DNA of 64,000 bases from Promethearchaeota archaeon (lineage in GTDB: Archaea; Asgardarchaeota; Lokiarchaeia; Sigyniarchaeales; SOKP01), in assembly GCA_048938445.1 (NCBI GenBank), contig JBHLME010000002.1, positions 6,662 to 70,661 on the forward strand, in the 5' to 3' direction. Shown one piece after another: positions 38,883-49,362 of this stretch (the stretch's first letter is position 1; each line of letters starts with the position of its first letter). A model generated the notes under the pieces. The model searched no databases. It saw only the letters and a program-made list of their open reading frames with translations, and had not been told where the DNA came from. A program made the translations under genes and the position numbers.

Positions 38883-39683
38883 TTAATAATAGTGTATTTC
38901 AATCCTCTCATCATTTACAATATTCTTTAGAATTCCTACGATTTCCTTCTTTCTTTCTTCACTAATGGCAAATACATAATATTGAGCAGGAATCCGGGCA
39001 ATTGAATAAATCTGAACAATATCCGGCTTAATTTTTTTAATGGCAAGTGCTAATTCTTTAATATTTTCATCATTATTATTGGAGATAATATCTTCCCTAT
39101 AAGAATTGTAAATCAAACATTGAATAGCTAATTTATTTTCATTTGGCATTTCATTTTTCAATTTCATTAAAGATTCAATAATAGTTCCAATCTCTGGTGT
39201 TTCTTCATGAGGACGATTCGTTGTTAGAAAATCTTTTTGAGTGACAGCATCTAATTTTGCTAATACTAATTCAAATTGCTTTACTCTCTCTCTAATCTCA
39301 TTGAAATGTAAAGTGCTTGAATTTGTGAATAAGGTTAAGGTAGGTTTTTTATCTTTCCATTGAATTTTATCCCTTACAACTTTTGAGATTTCTAAAAAAT
39401 CAATTATATTTTCATTTAAGGTTGTCTCTCCATTATACCCGAAGGTTATCGAATTGAGATGAGGGACATATTTTAGGATATCAAATAATTCTTTTCTAAA
39501 ATTATTCGATGGAGGTGCTTTTATCCTGTATTCTGGTGATACCAATGCTCTTTTTCCAGTCGGACCAATCTCACAATAAATGCAATCATATGTACATTTT
39601 TTACATTTAGGTAATATATCCACTCCTAGCGATAACTTTAATCTTCTCGATTGAAACGGTCCGTATGTATATTCTCGAGGCAT
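38883..39683 (-). CDS. Radical SAM protein (small, TYW1-related family)
   Basis: YGPFQSRRL..SLGVD, CTYDCIYC, GETTL, TNSS, KLDA. Confidence 0.85.
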   Translation of the reverse strand: MPREYTYGPFQSRRLKLSLGVDILPKCKKCTYDCIYCEIGPTGKRALVSPEYRIKAPPSNNFRKELFDILKYVPHLNSITFGYNGETTLNENIIDFLEISKVVRDKIQWKDKKPTLTLFTNSSTLHFNEIRERVKQFELVLAKLDAVTQKDFLTTNRPHEETPEIGTIIESLMKLKNEMPNENKLAIQCLIYNSYREDIISNNNDENIKELALAIKKIKPDIVQIYSIARIPAQYYVFAISEERKKEIVGILKNIVNDERIEIHYY

Positions 39684-39693
39684 TATCTTTCTT

Positions 39694-40461
39694 TTATAAC
39701 CTTTTTTGCTTGATAAATTCTTGAATGACCATATTTACTTCTTCAGGTTTTTCAAGCATGACCATATGCCCCGCATTTTTTATCAATTTTAATATAGAGT
39801 TTTCTATTTTATCCTTAAAGTATTGGGAATACTTAATTGGTGTGAGTTTATCTGCATTTCCACATATTATCAAACAAGGTACTCTTACCCGATTTATTTT
39901 ATTCAAAACGTCAAACTCATTGCAAATACTGAAATCCTTATATGCTACTTCTGCTTCTATTTTTGAAACTTCTTCTAAAAAATCATTAATGATTTGTTTA
40001 GATGTCTTTCTATAAAATGCTCCTAATGGAATTGTTTTTAAATATTCGTTATAATCATCTCGAATCGAATTGAAAATAAAAGGGCTCACTCTCAATCTAA
40101 CTCCTGTGGCACATAAAATTAATGAGGCTATGTCTTCCCTATATTTAAAATAATATGCCTGTGCAATGGCACCACCTAAGGAATGTCCTACTAATATAAC
40201 TTTTTTTAAATGTAAATGATCTACCAAACCTTTTATTGATTCAACATATAAATCTAAAGAAAGTTTTTCAAATTCTGCTGATTTAGCATGAGATGGCAAA
40301 TCTAAAGCAATTAGACTATAGTCAAGATTTAAATAACTCATTTGATCCTTCCAAACATATGAACTTTCACCCGAACCATGAATAAAGATCAATGCATTTT
40401 GGGTGTTTTTTTCAATCAAATGATAATAAATTTTTTTTTTTAGAAATTCAAAAAATGGCAT
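39694..40461 (-). CDS. Alpha/beta hydrolase
   Basis: FIHGSG, GHSLGG, D.LTP, AGHMVMLEKP. Confidence 0.9.
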   Translation of the reverse strand: MPFFEFLKKKIYYHLIEKNTQNALIFIHGSGESSYVWKDQMSYLNLDYSLIALDLPSHAKSAEFEKLSLDLYVESIKGLVDHLHLKKVILVGHSLGGAIAQAYYFKYREDIASLILCATGVRLRVSPFIFNSIRDDYNEYLKTIPLGAFYRKTSKQIINDFLEEVSKIEAEVAYKDFSICNEFDVLNKINRVRVPCLIICGNADKLTPIKYSQYFKDKIENSILKLIKNAGHMVMLEKPEEVNMVIQEFIKQKRL

Positions 40462-40550
40462 TGGTTTTATTGAGATTTATTTAATTAAATGAATCATTCA
40501 TTCCATTAAAATTCTATATTAATTAAATAAAATAAAAAAAGTTAGATTTA

Positions 40551-41333
40551 TTAAGTAGCGTCCATTTTATTGAAGGACCACGCTCCCAATAATATAAATA
40601 TTGCTCCAAATATCACCATTACTGCGAAATCAAGCAGGGGTGAAAAGTATGATACTCCAAGTAACACAAAGCGGAATAAGTCAACACAATAGCTGAATGG
40701 ATCAAATGCTATAATAAATGGAGGGAGGGGAAATACAGCTCCTGAGAGAAACATCATCGGCATTACGATAAACGTTTGTATCAATCCAAATGACTGCATG
40801 TCATTTAATCGGGTACTTATCGTTAATCCCATTCCGACTACTCCAAGACTTGCTAAAAATGCAATTGGTATAATTAAAATAACACGAAATATAAAGATTA
40901 TATCAACAATCCCAAAATATTGTAATATAGCACCTAATATAATCATTATAATAACTTGTATTAATGTTTGTAATCCAACACCAGCAGTTCTTCCCAGCAT
41001 CAGAGTTCTTCGACTTACGGGTGCTACTAATAACTCCTTCATAAATCCAAACATTTTATCCCTGAATATTGACATTCCCCCAAATATTCCAGTAAATAGA
41101 ATTACCATAGCTGGAACTCCTGAAGCTATAAATTTTTGTGGAGAAATAGATATTCCATTAATCATAATATTACCTATATCAATAAACCCAAATACAAAGA
41201 GAAATAATACGGCTTGAGCAATTGACGATATCACCCTAGATTTATTTCTCCAAAAGCTCCATAGCTCTCTCTTGGCTAATATCCATACTGCGTTATAATT
41301 TACTTTTGCTTGTACTAAATTTAAATCAGACAT
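40551..41333 (-). CDS. ABC-2 type exporter permease
   Basis: RDKMFGFMKELLVAPVSR, FLSGAVFP, PFSYCVD. Confidence 0.9.
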   Translation of the reverse strand: MSDLNLVQAKVNYNAVWILAKRELWSFWRNKSRVISSIAQAVLFLFVFGFIDIGNIMINGISISPQKFIASGVPAMVILFTGIFGGMSIFRDKMFGFMKELLVAPVSRRTLMLGRTAGVGLQTLIQVIIMIILGAILQYFGIVDIIFIFRVILIIPIAFLASLGVVGMGLTISTRLNDMQSFGLIQTFIVMPMMFLSGAVFPLPPFIIAFDPFSYCVDLFRFVLLGVSYFSPLLDFAVMVIFGAIFILLGAWSFNKMDAT

Positions 41334-41339
41334 TCATTA

Positions 41340-42683
41340 TCACTTCCTTAATTGCCTTAATTGAATTCTTTCTTTGATATCTTTTGTTCTATTTGAAGTT
41401 TCTTCACGAATATGGCTTCCTACATAATGGAGAAAGACATCTTCTAATGTAGGTTGATGCATGCTCACATTATTGATAGATAAATTATTTTCAGTTATTT
41501 TTTGGATGATTAAAGGAAGTTGGTGACCTCCATTCTCACAGGAAATTGATATGATTGGTTCAAATTCTTCATCATTTTCTTCGTACTCTCCTTTTTTTAT
41601 TTTAATTAGTTCTTGTTTGATTGCATCAGGAACTTCTTCTAATAGTTTTTCATCAAACATTTCAGCGATTCTTTTTTTCATCGTTAAGGGAGCATTTAGA
41701 AACATCCCCCCAGCCATTGGCATTTTTTTCCAAGCAGTTATTAATTTCTTGGGATCCGAAAGTGTTTCTCTAATTCGAGCTTGTATCATGGCAGGATCGA
41801 TATTAGGCATGCCTTTTGGAAGCGGCATTTCTGGCATCTGAAACTGTTGTTCATTAGCCGAACCCATCGATACATTTTTTATTCCGGGTATTTCTTTAAT
41901 TTGCCTAATAATTATGGGAAATTTAACCCTATCTACAGTTGTCTCGAATTTAATGTCAATTACATCACCTGATAATTGTTTTTTAAGATTTTCAGAAGTG
42001 TCCATAGCGATGATTTGACCATGGTCCATGATACAAATTCGATCTGCAAGTTCGTCTGCTTCATCCATGTAATGAGTTGTAATTAATATTGTCATTTTCA
42101 GTTCGCTTTGATTTAATTGTTTTATTTTGTCCCATATCTTTCTACGAGTTTGAGGATCTAAACCCAATGTGGGTTCGTCTAAAAAAAGGACTTTTGGTTC
42201 GTGTATTAAACCACGTGCAATTTCTAATCGTCTTTTCATTCCCCCTGAGTAATTTTTTACGAAGGTTTCTGCTCGATCGTCCAAATCTACCAGTTTCAAG
42301 ACTTCTTTTATTTTAGGTCTTCTCTCTTTTTTATTCATTCCATAAAGAATGGCATGTAATTCCAAATTTTCCCATGCTTTCATTTCCCCGTCCAGAGAGG
42401 GTTCTTGAAACACAATACCGATGCTTTTTCGGACCTTATCTGGATCTTTTTTAACATCATAATTATTAACAATACATTCACCTTCCGTACCATTTAATAA
42501 TGTCGCAAGAATGCTTATTGTAGTGGTTTTCCCCGCCCCATTAGGACCTAGTAATGCTAGAATCTCGCCTTTTTTTATTGAAAAACTGATATCATCAACC
42601 GCAAGCACATTACCTTCTTCATATATCTTTGTTAGGTTTTTTACTTCAATTATACTGTTATTTTCGGTCATTTTCTTACTCAT
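41340..42683 (-). CDS. ABC exporter ATPase (DrrA-like) with internal insertion
   Basis: GPNGAGKT, YSGGM, FLDEPT, TTHYM, PTLEDVF. Confidence 0.92.
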   Translation of the reverse strand: MSKKMTENNSIIEVKNLTKIYEEGNVLAVDDISFSIKKGEILALLGPNGAGKTTTISILATLLNGTEGECIVNNYDVKKDPDKVRKSIGIVFQEPSLDGEMKAWENLELHAILYGMNKKERRPKIKEVLKLVDLDDRAETFVKNYSGGMKRRLEIARGLIHEPKVLFLDEPTLGLDPQTRRKIWDKIKQLNQSELKMTILITTHYMDEADELADRICIMDHGQIIAMDTSENLKKQLSGDVIDIKFETTVDRVKFPIIIRQIKEIPGIKNVSMGSANEQQFQMPEMPLPKGMPNIDPAMIQARIRETLSDPKKLITAWKKMPMAGGMFLNAPLTMKKRIAEMFDEKLLEEVPDAIKQELIKIKKGEYEENDEEFEPIISISCENGGHQLPLIIQKITENNLSINNVSMHQPTLEDVFLHYVGSHIREETSNRTKDIKERIQLRQLRK

Positions 42684-42753
42684 TTAAGTTGTTAATTCAA
42701 ATTATAGTTTTTCCTTTTTTTTTATAAATATTCTCATTTTAAGTTTTCTTGAT

Positions 42754-43863
42754 TTAAGTAAAATATTTATCCGCGATTTTATCCGCGGAATCAAAAGCAG
42801 ATATTTCTCCATCAAAATTGTCTAATTTATCTTTATATGTCCTTTCAAATTCTGATGAAAACTTATTTTGTGCCCATTTAGACGCTTGGGTTGAATATTC
42901 AACTAAAAGAGCACATATAAATCCTCTACGAGTTATTAACCTCAATTCTTTTCCTTCTAATAAAATTGCTTTTACTTTCCCTGTAGTATTTGTGCTTTCT
43001 TTAATTAGGGAAGACACAGCGGAAAAGGCTCCAGATAGTAGTACAGCATCATCAGGATTTATCTCTTTGCTAAATAATCTTGAATATAAGTTAATTCCAT
43101 CATGAGAATATACTATAAGAAAGTATACCTTCTGACGCTGTAAAAGCCATGGATTTTTACTTACACTAAGAAATGCAATACCAATTATAAGAATACCGAT
43201 GTTCTGAGTTATTGTTTGAAAGAATTGCATCGTGAAATAATTAAATTGTTCCGGTACTGGTGACTGCTCAACGAAGACTGTTGGAATAGATGGAAATAGA
43301 ACACCAATTATTGATCCTATCAGAAGTGCAATAATGAGGATTTTTTGCTTTGATGACCATGCTGATTTTATACTCCTAATAAGCATAATTATTATAAAAG
43401 TAGTCGTAAATAAAATATAAATCACCTCAAGAATCATTAGCAAACTTAATCTTTGAAGACTTACTAAAAAACCAGTTGAAATGGCTTGTGTATTCAATTC
43501 CGGGGTTGATATCAATCCCACTATTATGCTAAAAGCAAGAACAGTTGAAATTGTTTGCCTATAAGAAAATTGGGTATTGCTATAATACATTTCAAATATT
43601 AAAATTAAACTTAATAACATTAACAACTTTGCACATTCTGTTATTTTAAAAAATAACTCTGCTATTTCCTCAGTTTGTGCAAAAAATTGAGATGCCTGTA
43701 AAAGATTATTAATTAAGTAAAAAATATAAAGTACGGTTAAATATGCAAGCATTGTTAGATGTGTTTTTATAAATTTAAACATGAAAACGGCTAGTAAAAT
43801 AAACGTTGGTATTATTAACAAAACGGCAAAAATTCCTAATATTGAAATGAATCCAAATTCCAT
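42754..43863 (-). CDS. 7TM membrane protein with C-terminal longin-like domain
   Basis: About 7 hydrophobic helices, then FLIVYSHDGINLYS..LLSGAFSAVSSLIKE..FDGEISAF. Confidence 0.7.
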   Translation of the reverse strand: MEFGFISILGIFAVLLIIPTFILLAVFMFKFIKTHLTMLAYLTVLYIFYLINNLLQASQFFAQTEEIAELFFKITECAKLLMLLSLILIFEMYYSNTQFSYRQTISTVLAFSIIVGLISTPELNTQAISTGFLVSLQRLSLLMILEVIYILFTTTFIIIMLIRSIKSAWSSKQKILIIALLIGSIIGVLFPSIPTVFVEQSPVPEQFNYFTMQFFQTITQNIGILIIGIAFLSVSKNPWLLQRQKVYFLIVYSHDGINLYSRLFSKEINPDDAVLLSGAFSAVSSLIKESTNTTGKVKAILLEGKELRLITRRGFICALLVEYSTQASKWAQNKFSSEFERTYKDKLDNFDGEISAFDSADKIADKYFT

Positions 43864-43951
43864 TATCTTTTTCTCATCCTCTTTTTGGTAATTTTAGGAA
43901 AATTATAAAATAAAAAAAAATATTATTATTTTTATTATTACTTGTTCTCTT

Positions 43952-44923
43952 TTAACGATTTAATTTATTGAATCTTCTTTTCTTGTATATTAAAACTACT
44001 ATCAATATGCTGAAGCAGCTTATAATGACACCTGCTATGATATATACCATCAAGTTTGTATCACCAATGCTAATATATTGATATATGATCGTTCCGGTAT
44101 CATCTTTAATAACAAATGAGGAAATGGTTCCACGTGTTCCGTAGGTTACTTCAACAGTATAATTAGTTTCTCCTGTTCTTTCAAATATAAGAGTGTTTTC
44201 GCTAAATGAGGCATTATCACAAGGTAGGGCATTGACAAGTGCTTGTATATATATATTTGATGGAGCTCCTACAGCTAAATTACCCATTATTAACTGCCAT
44301 AAGAATTCATCTGTTGATATATTCTTAAACACCATTTTAATGTCAAGTGGTATAATGGGATCATCTTGTATGGTATTTGCTAGAGCATTGTAATCGTCTA
44401 ATATTTTTTCGTAATCTGCCGGATTACTAAGTATTACTGGCATGTCTGTCGCTGAATTTGATGATTCATTAAATGGTTCAATGGTAAAATACCACTCTGA
44501 ACGCATTCCTTGAATCAATTGATATTGATTAGTATAATTATTATTGATCTCTGTTTCATTGTATCCTATTCCTTTAATGCTGTTTAGAGCAAATAAATCA
44601 ATACTATCTGTTAAAAAGATCGAAGTTAAGACATCATACATTGTCCATGTAGCACTAGTCCATCCCAATGTAGTGAATTTACCTTGAGCACCCATTATAT
44701 GTGCATCTCCTCCAAACCAATCACTAGGCGTGGAAGATGCATTAACCGTATTCTGCCAAGCAGTTTCATTATAGGCAATAACTTGGAAAAATTCTGTACC
44801 TTTATTTAAAGTTGCTTGGTATGTTGTTGCTGAACCAATCGTTAAACACGTTCCTAACAAAAAAATACTTATTAAAATCAGACTTATTGTCCCTATTTTT
44901 ACTCTACTTTTACTTTTTAACAT
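43952..44923 (-). CDS. Secreted/surface protein with C-terminal TM anchor
   Basis: Signal peptide, NxS/T sites, C-terminal TM plus KKRR. Confidence 0.75.
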   Translation of the reverse strand: MLKSKSRVKIGTISLILISIFLLGTCLTIGSATTYQATLNKGTEFFQVIAYNETAWQNTVNASSTPSDWFGGDAHIMGAQGKFTTLGWTSATWTMYDVLTSIFLTDSIDLFALNSIKGIGYNETEINNNYTNQYQLIQGMRSEWYFTIEPFNESSNSATDMPVILSNPADYEKILDDYNALANTIQDDPIIPLDIKMVFKNISTDEFLWQLIMGNLAVGAPSNIYIQALVNALPCDNASFSENTLIFERTGETNYTVEVTYGTRGTISSFVIKDDTGTIIYQYISIGDTNLMVYIIAGVIISCFSILIVVLIYKKRRFNKLNR

Positions 44924-44966
44924 TTAGGATACTCCCTTTTTCTTTATTTTTTATACTTAAAATCAT

Positions 44967-45812
44967 TTATAATTGCCTCCGTTTAAATAGGATTGAAGCT
45001 GCAATTAAACTTAAGATCATGTAAATCAACATTACAGAAATTCCAACCTCGACTAATGGAGTTTGCCACATTCTAAAACTGAAACCTCTAAATCCTCCTA
45101 ACTCAGTATACCTGGCTCCTGAAAATGGATACTCTAAAATCGAAGATATGAGATTACTAGCATATTGTATGGAATATATTGGTTCAAAATCTGGTAAAAA
45201 AACCGTTATTAGTTGATCTACTATGTTAAATCCAATAAACAATATCATAATCGTTGTAATTGTTGTTATATTGACACTCCTCAAAAATGAACTAAAAAAA
45301 GTAACAAAACTACTAATAGCAAGAAGATATAATATAGATATTCCAAATGATATTAGATATAAAATGTTTAGTGATACGCCATAATAAAACCAACAAAAAA
45401 GTCCTAAGGTTACGTAAAAAACAGCAACAACACCAATTATAAGTGTGAGATTACCAAAATATTTACCTACTATTAGTTTAAATCTATTTATTTTAGGAAA
45501 AATAATATATCCCGTCTTTTTGTCATACTCTGTACAGATTATACCTGAAAAGAAGAAACATGCTGCAAATATTAACACGAACATAGATAATAATTCAAGA
45601 CCGTTACTTAAATACGCAATTTGAGTTGTAGGCAAAAGACTACTAGGTATTACTGAATACATGATGAAACTTTGAAGGAATACTATTAAAATTGAAATAA
45701 TTGAAAATCCAACGAATTTCTTCCATTGCTGCTTAAGTTCAAAAACATAAGCATGTGCCATGGGTTTTATTTCTAAATATATCCCATCAATAACATGTCC
45801 TATTTGTTGCAT
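44967..45812 (-). CDS. ABC-2 type permease
   Basis: 6 TM; EYDKKTG..PKINR..GKY; FKRRQL end. Confidence 0.85.
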   Translation of the reverse strand: MQQIGHVIDGIYLEIKPMAHAYVFELKQQWKKFVGFSIISILIVFLQSFIMYSVIPSSLLPTTQIAYLSNGLELLSMFVLIFAACFFFSGIICTEYDKKTGYIIFPKINRFKLIVGKYFGNLTLIIGVVAVFYVTLGLFCWFYYGVSLNILYLISFGISILYLLAISSFVTFFSSFLRSVNITTITTIMILFIGFNIVDQLITVFLPDFEPIYSIQYASNLISSILEYPFSGARYTELGGFRGFSFRMWQTPLVEVGISVMLIYMILSLIAASILFKRRQL

Positions 45813-45815
45813 TTT

Positions 45816-46895
45816 TTACATAACCTCTCCTTTTTTTTTAATTTTTGTTGCTTCATAATCTGTGATCATTTCAGAATAAATCCTCTCTAATTGAGAAGTC
45901 TTAGATTTTATGAATGATATTACCGTGAAATCAGATTCAAAATCTTTTACTAAGGATTTTAATATATATCCTCTCGCCTCTTCTTTGCCATTGTAGAAAA
46001 TCTTGAAACTATTCTTGGTAGGGTAATATAATATAGGTGATTTAGAAATCTCTGGATCTAATTTATGATCTAAATATAGATCTAATTTTTCTTCAAGTCT
46101 TTTTAACAGAGATTCTTGTTTTTCCAATGATAGTGGTTCAAGTATTTCACAATTTAATTCTCGAGATTTTAAAGTTTTTTCTAAATTATCAATTGTGTCA
46201 AATGCAATAATATGACCATGATTTATGAGAGCAATTTTATCGCAAACCTCTGATATCTCATATAACATGTGAGAGGCTACAAAAATGGTTTTTCCTTGGT
46301 TTTGGATCTCTCTTATGAATTTTCGGATTTCAATTCTAGCTTTTGGATCTAATCCAGTCTGCGGTTCATCTAAAATGACTATGTCTGGATCATGTATTAT
46401 TGCTTGAATGATTCCAAGTTTTTGAGACATTCCTTTTGAAAATGTACCAATTTTTTCATGTTTCCAATCTTTTAATTTGAATAGTGTTAATAACTCATCA
46501 ATTCTATCATTAATTTTATCTTTAGGATAATTATCTAATAAAGCACAATATTTTAACACTTGATATGCTGTCATCTTTGTATAAAATGCGGGAATATCTA
46601 TTAAAAACCCCAATTTAATTAAATGTCTAGAGCTTTCGTTAATATCTTGTAAGTCCCCATGAATATTTTTAAGGAGAATTCTACCTGTTGTGGGTTTCAA
46701 TAACTTGGCAATCATCTTAATTGTAGTTGTTTTTCCTGCCCCATTTGGACCAACAAGTCCAATAGTTTCCCCTTTATGGACTTCGAAATTAATCTTATCG
46801 ACAGCTAAATGATTTCCATAATTTTTACTAAGGTCCTCAACTTTAAGGATGATACCATCTCTTTTCCAATCACTATTGATTATATTTTTTTCCAT
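45816..46895 (-). CDS. ABC transporter ATP-binding protein
   Basis: GPNGAGKT, FSKGM, ILDEP, SH. Confidence 0.92.
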   Translation of the reverse strand: MEKNIINSDWKRDGIILKVEDLSKNYGNHLAVDKINFEVHKGETIGLVGPNGAGKTTTIKMIAKLLKPTTGRILLKNIHGDLQDINESSRHLIKLGFLIDIPAFYTKMTAYQVLKYCALLDNYPKDKINDRIDELLTLFKLKDWKHEKIGTFSKGMSQKLGIIQAIIHDPDIVILDEPQTGLDPKARIEIRKFIREIQNQGKTIFVASHMLYEISEVCDKIALINHGHIIAFDTIDNLEKTLKSRELNCEILEPLSLEKQESLLKRLEEKLDLYLDHKLDPEISKSPILYYPTKNSFKIFYNGKEEARGYILKSLVKDFESDFTVISFIKSKTSQLERIYSEMITDYEATKIKKKGEVM

Positions 46896-46941
46896 TATAT
46901 GCTCCTCTTATTTTCATCTTTCTTGATTTTTTTATATATAT

Positions 46942-47661
46942 TTATGACTCCCATATCTTTTGGGATTCATCTAGCAAATCTTTAACCTGTTCTTTGTCCA
47001 AAATATCCATATTTTCAATTTTGGCAATAATAACATCTAGAAAATTTTTAGCCTTCTTTAATTTCTCAATATTTTTTTCTATAAGTTTAAATAATTCTTT
47101 CGACCAAGATCTTAAACCTCTAAAAAAGTCAATTGCATCATCTTTCGACTCAAAATTCTCAATTTTATCAAACATCATAACCTTTAATCCTTCACCTGGG
47201 TTAAATTCAGACATCATAAAAAATAGATTTGCCCATTTCAAATTTAATTCTTCAACAAAATTTTTTCCCTGTTCTGTCAAAAAGTAAAATTTATTTGCAC
47301 GACCTTCTATTATTTCTTCTTTAGTTGTTAAATAACCCTTATCATCCAAATCTTGAAGTGTTCTTATAAGAGTACCTCTAGGGACCTTATATTTTTCTTG
47401 TATTTGATAACCTGTTATGCCTTCTGGATATCCTGATATTAATAATAATATAAAATATTCTCTAATTTCTTGAAATGATTCCCTATTCATAGGTAAAGGA
47501 CCCCTAAAAGGAAATCCTGGGAAAGGGGGTAATGGTCCAAAAGGAGGAGGACCACCAAATGGTGGATGATGTGGGCGATCTTCATGTCCAGGAGGGTTCT
47601 GTCCCATAAATTTATGGAAATCATCTTCGAATCCAAATATATCTATTCTTCTTCCAAACAT
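46942..47661 (-). CDS. PadR-family transcriptional regulator with Pro/Gly/Phe-rich N-terminus
   Basis: ILLLI...TGYQI...GTLIRTL..L..KGYL...KFYFLTEQGK winged HTH; heads the ABC operon. Confidence 0.82.
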   Translation of the reverse strand: MFGRRIDIFGFEDDFHKFMGQNPPGHEDRPHHPPFGGPPPFGPLPPFPGFPFRGPLPMNRESFQEIREYFILLLISGYPEGITGYQIQEKYKVPRGTLIRTLQDLDDKGYLTTKEEIIEGRANKFYFLTEQGKNFVEELNLKWANLFFMMSEFNPGEGLKVMMFDKIENFESKDDAIDFFRGLRSWSKELFKLIEKNIEKLKKAKNFLDVIIAKIENMDILDKEQVKDLLDESQKIWES

Positions 47662-47737
47662 GTATTATTCATCATTGAAAATGTGAAAATTATAATTTTC
47701 TCTCAATATGTTATAGTGAAATTTCATATTTAAATAT

Positions 47738-47801
47738 TGTCCATTTTGGACATATGTCAGAAAATATTATTATAATATCCCAAATATTTCCAAATTGGAC
47801 A
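47738..47801. promoter_or_regulatory. Two related inverted repeats upstream of the PadR gene (putative autoregulatory operators)
   Basis: TGTCCATTTTGGACA (47738-52) and TTTCCAAATTGGACA (47787-801), both followed by TAT. Confidence 0.5.
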
Positions 47802-47929
47802 TATAAATAATATTAATCTAACAATCATTTGATCTCAATTTCTAATCTAAAGATAAGATAATTCAAACGAAATTTTAGTTTTCTTGTATCATCTCGTTAA
47901 TAATTTAGATTATTAAAAATTTTTAAAAT

Positions 47930-49198
47930 TCATTTAGGTTGAGTATAATCTTTTGAGTAATATTTAATATCAATGAGTACTAATATGAGAAGTATTAACA
48001 TTACCATGGCACTAGTAAAGCCTAATAAGAAATAAGCATCGACAGTGAATGTAAATATTGTTAATATTCCAATATCTAAATACCAAAATGCAATAACAGG
48101 TGCTAAAATCTGACTTATTGATTGCATGTTCATTCCCCATCCATTTACGATTCCTTGATCATGTTCCTCGGCAGTCCTACTAAGTGTTGTCGTAGTAATT
48201 GTCCGTGAAAATACGTTTGAAAAGACAAATGGTACCACGAATAGTAAAAGCATCCAAGCCTCTATCATGAGAGGATACATTAGAGCTACAAACGCACCAG
48301 ATATAATTGCTATTACAAGCACTTTTTTTTCACCTAATTTTGAAACTAATGGTTTTGTCAAGCGAACACCAAAAATTATCATTAAAATACCTGCAATTGT
48401 CGCAAAGATGCCTAAATGAGCAAGAGTTAATCCATATCTTGTTTGGATAACCTCAGAAATACTCGTATTAAACATTTGTATGGTAAGACTAACGATAAAT
48501 AACTGCCCCAATCTTAACCAAACTACCTTAGTAAGAACTTTATTTTTACCACCTGGATTTTTTTTATTATTCGTCTCTTTAATTTTTTTATTCTCTAATC
48601 TACGTTCTTTAGGCATGCTTTCAACCAGAAATCTAATTGTAAAAATTATTGAGAGGAAGGATAGAAAAGAGGCTATGAAAGGAGGAATGCTTAAATCTAT
48701 TATTCCCATAAATCCCCCTATTACAGGACCAAAAATCATACCAAATGCCATTATTCCAGTAAATTTTCCCATTTCTGTTGACCTTGTTTTCGATTCGGTA
48801 ATATCAGCAATATAGGCACGTATTACTGGTATCTGCCCTCCAAATACACCATCAAAGATTCTTGATAAAAATACTACTTCAAGTGAACTTGAAAATCCTA
48901 ATAATAAGAATGAACTTAGAGTTCCAACTTGTGAAACTAATAAAATTGGCTTTCTCCCATATCTATCACTTAATTTCCCCCAAATTGGAGCAAAAAAAAG
49001 TGCTGTTGCTGCATTAGATGCTATTGCCATACCTATTATAAATTCCGATGCACCATATATACCCCTAACTATATTAGGCAATAATGGTACAATCATCGAA
49101 TATCCTAAAACATCCACAAAAATACATAGACTAATGGTTATCATTGCTGATCTTTGATTTATGTTGAATCTTTCTAGCCTTTCTTGATGATTTTCCAT
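47930..49198 (-). CDS. MFS transporter (TetA/DHA1-like)
   Basis: WGKLSDRYGRKP, RIFDG, AYIADIT, GPVIGG; start placed at MENHQ. Confidence 0.9.
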   Translation of the reverse strand: MENHQERLERFNINQRSAMITISLCIFVDVLGYSMIVPLLPNIVRGIYGASEFIIGMAIASNAATALFFAPIWGKLSDRYGRKPILLVSQVGTLSSFLLLGFSSSLEVVFLSRIFDGVFGGQIPVIRAYIADITESKTRSTEMGKFTGIMAFGMIFGPVIGGFMGIIDLSIPPFIASFLSFLSIIFTIRFLVESMPKERRLENKKIKETNNKKNPGGKNKVLTKVVWLRLGQLFIVSLTIQMFNTSISEVIQTRYGLTLAHLGIFATIAGILMIIFGVRLTKPLVSKLGEKKVLVIAIISGAFVALMYPLMIEAWMLLLFVVPFVFSNVFSRTITTTTLSRTAEEHDQGIVNGWGMNMQSISQILAPVIAFWYLDIGILTIFTFTVDAYFLLGFTSAMVMLILLILVLIDIKYYSKDYTQPK

Positions 49199-49362
49199 TA
49201 TTACCCTAAATAGCATCGAATGTTTTTGATATGAAAAGGTAAATATTACAAGATTATAAAAAAGTATGGATTTAAAATCCATTTTTTACAAATAAATTAA
49301 TATATCTTAGGTTGATAATAATATATTAGCAAATAGTATTAATTCTTAGGAATGTGAGAATA

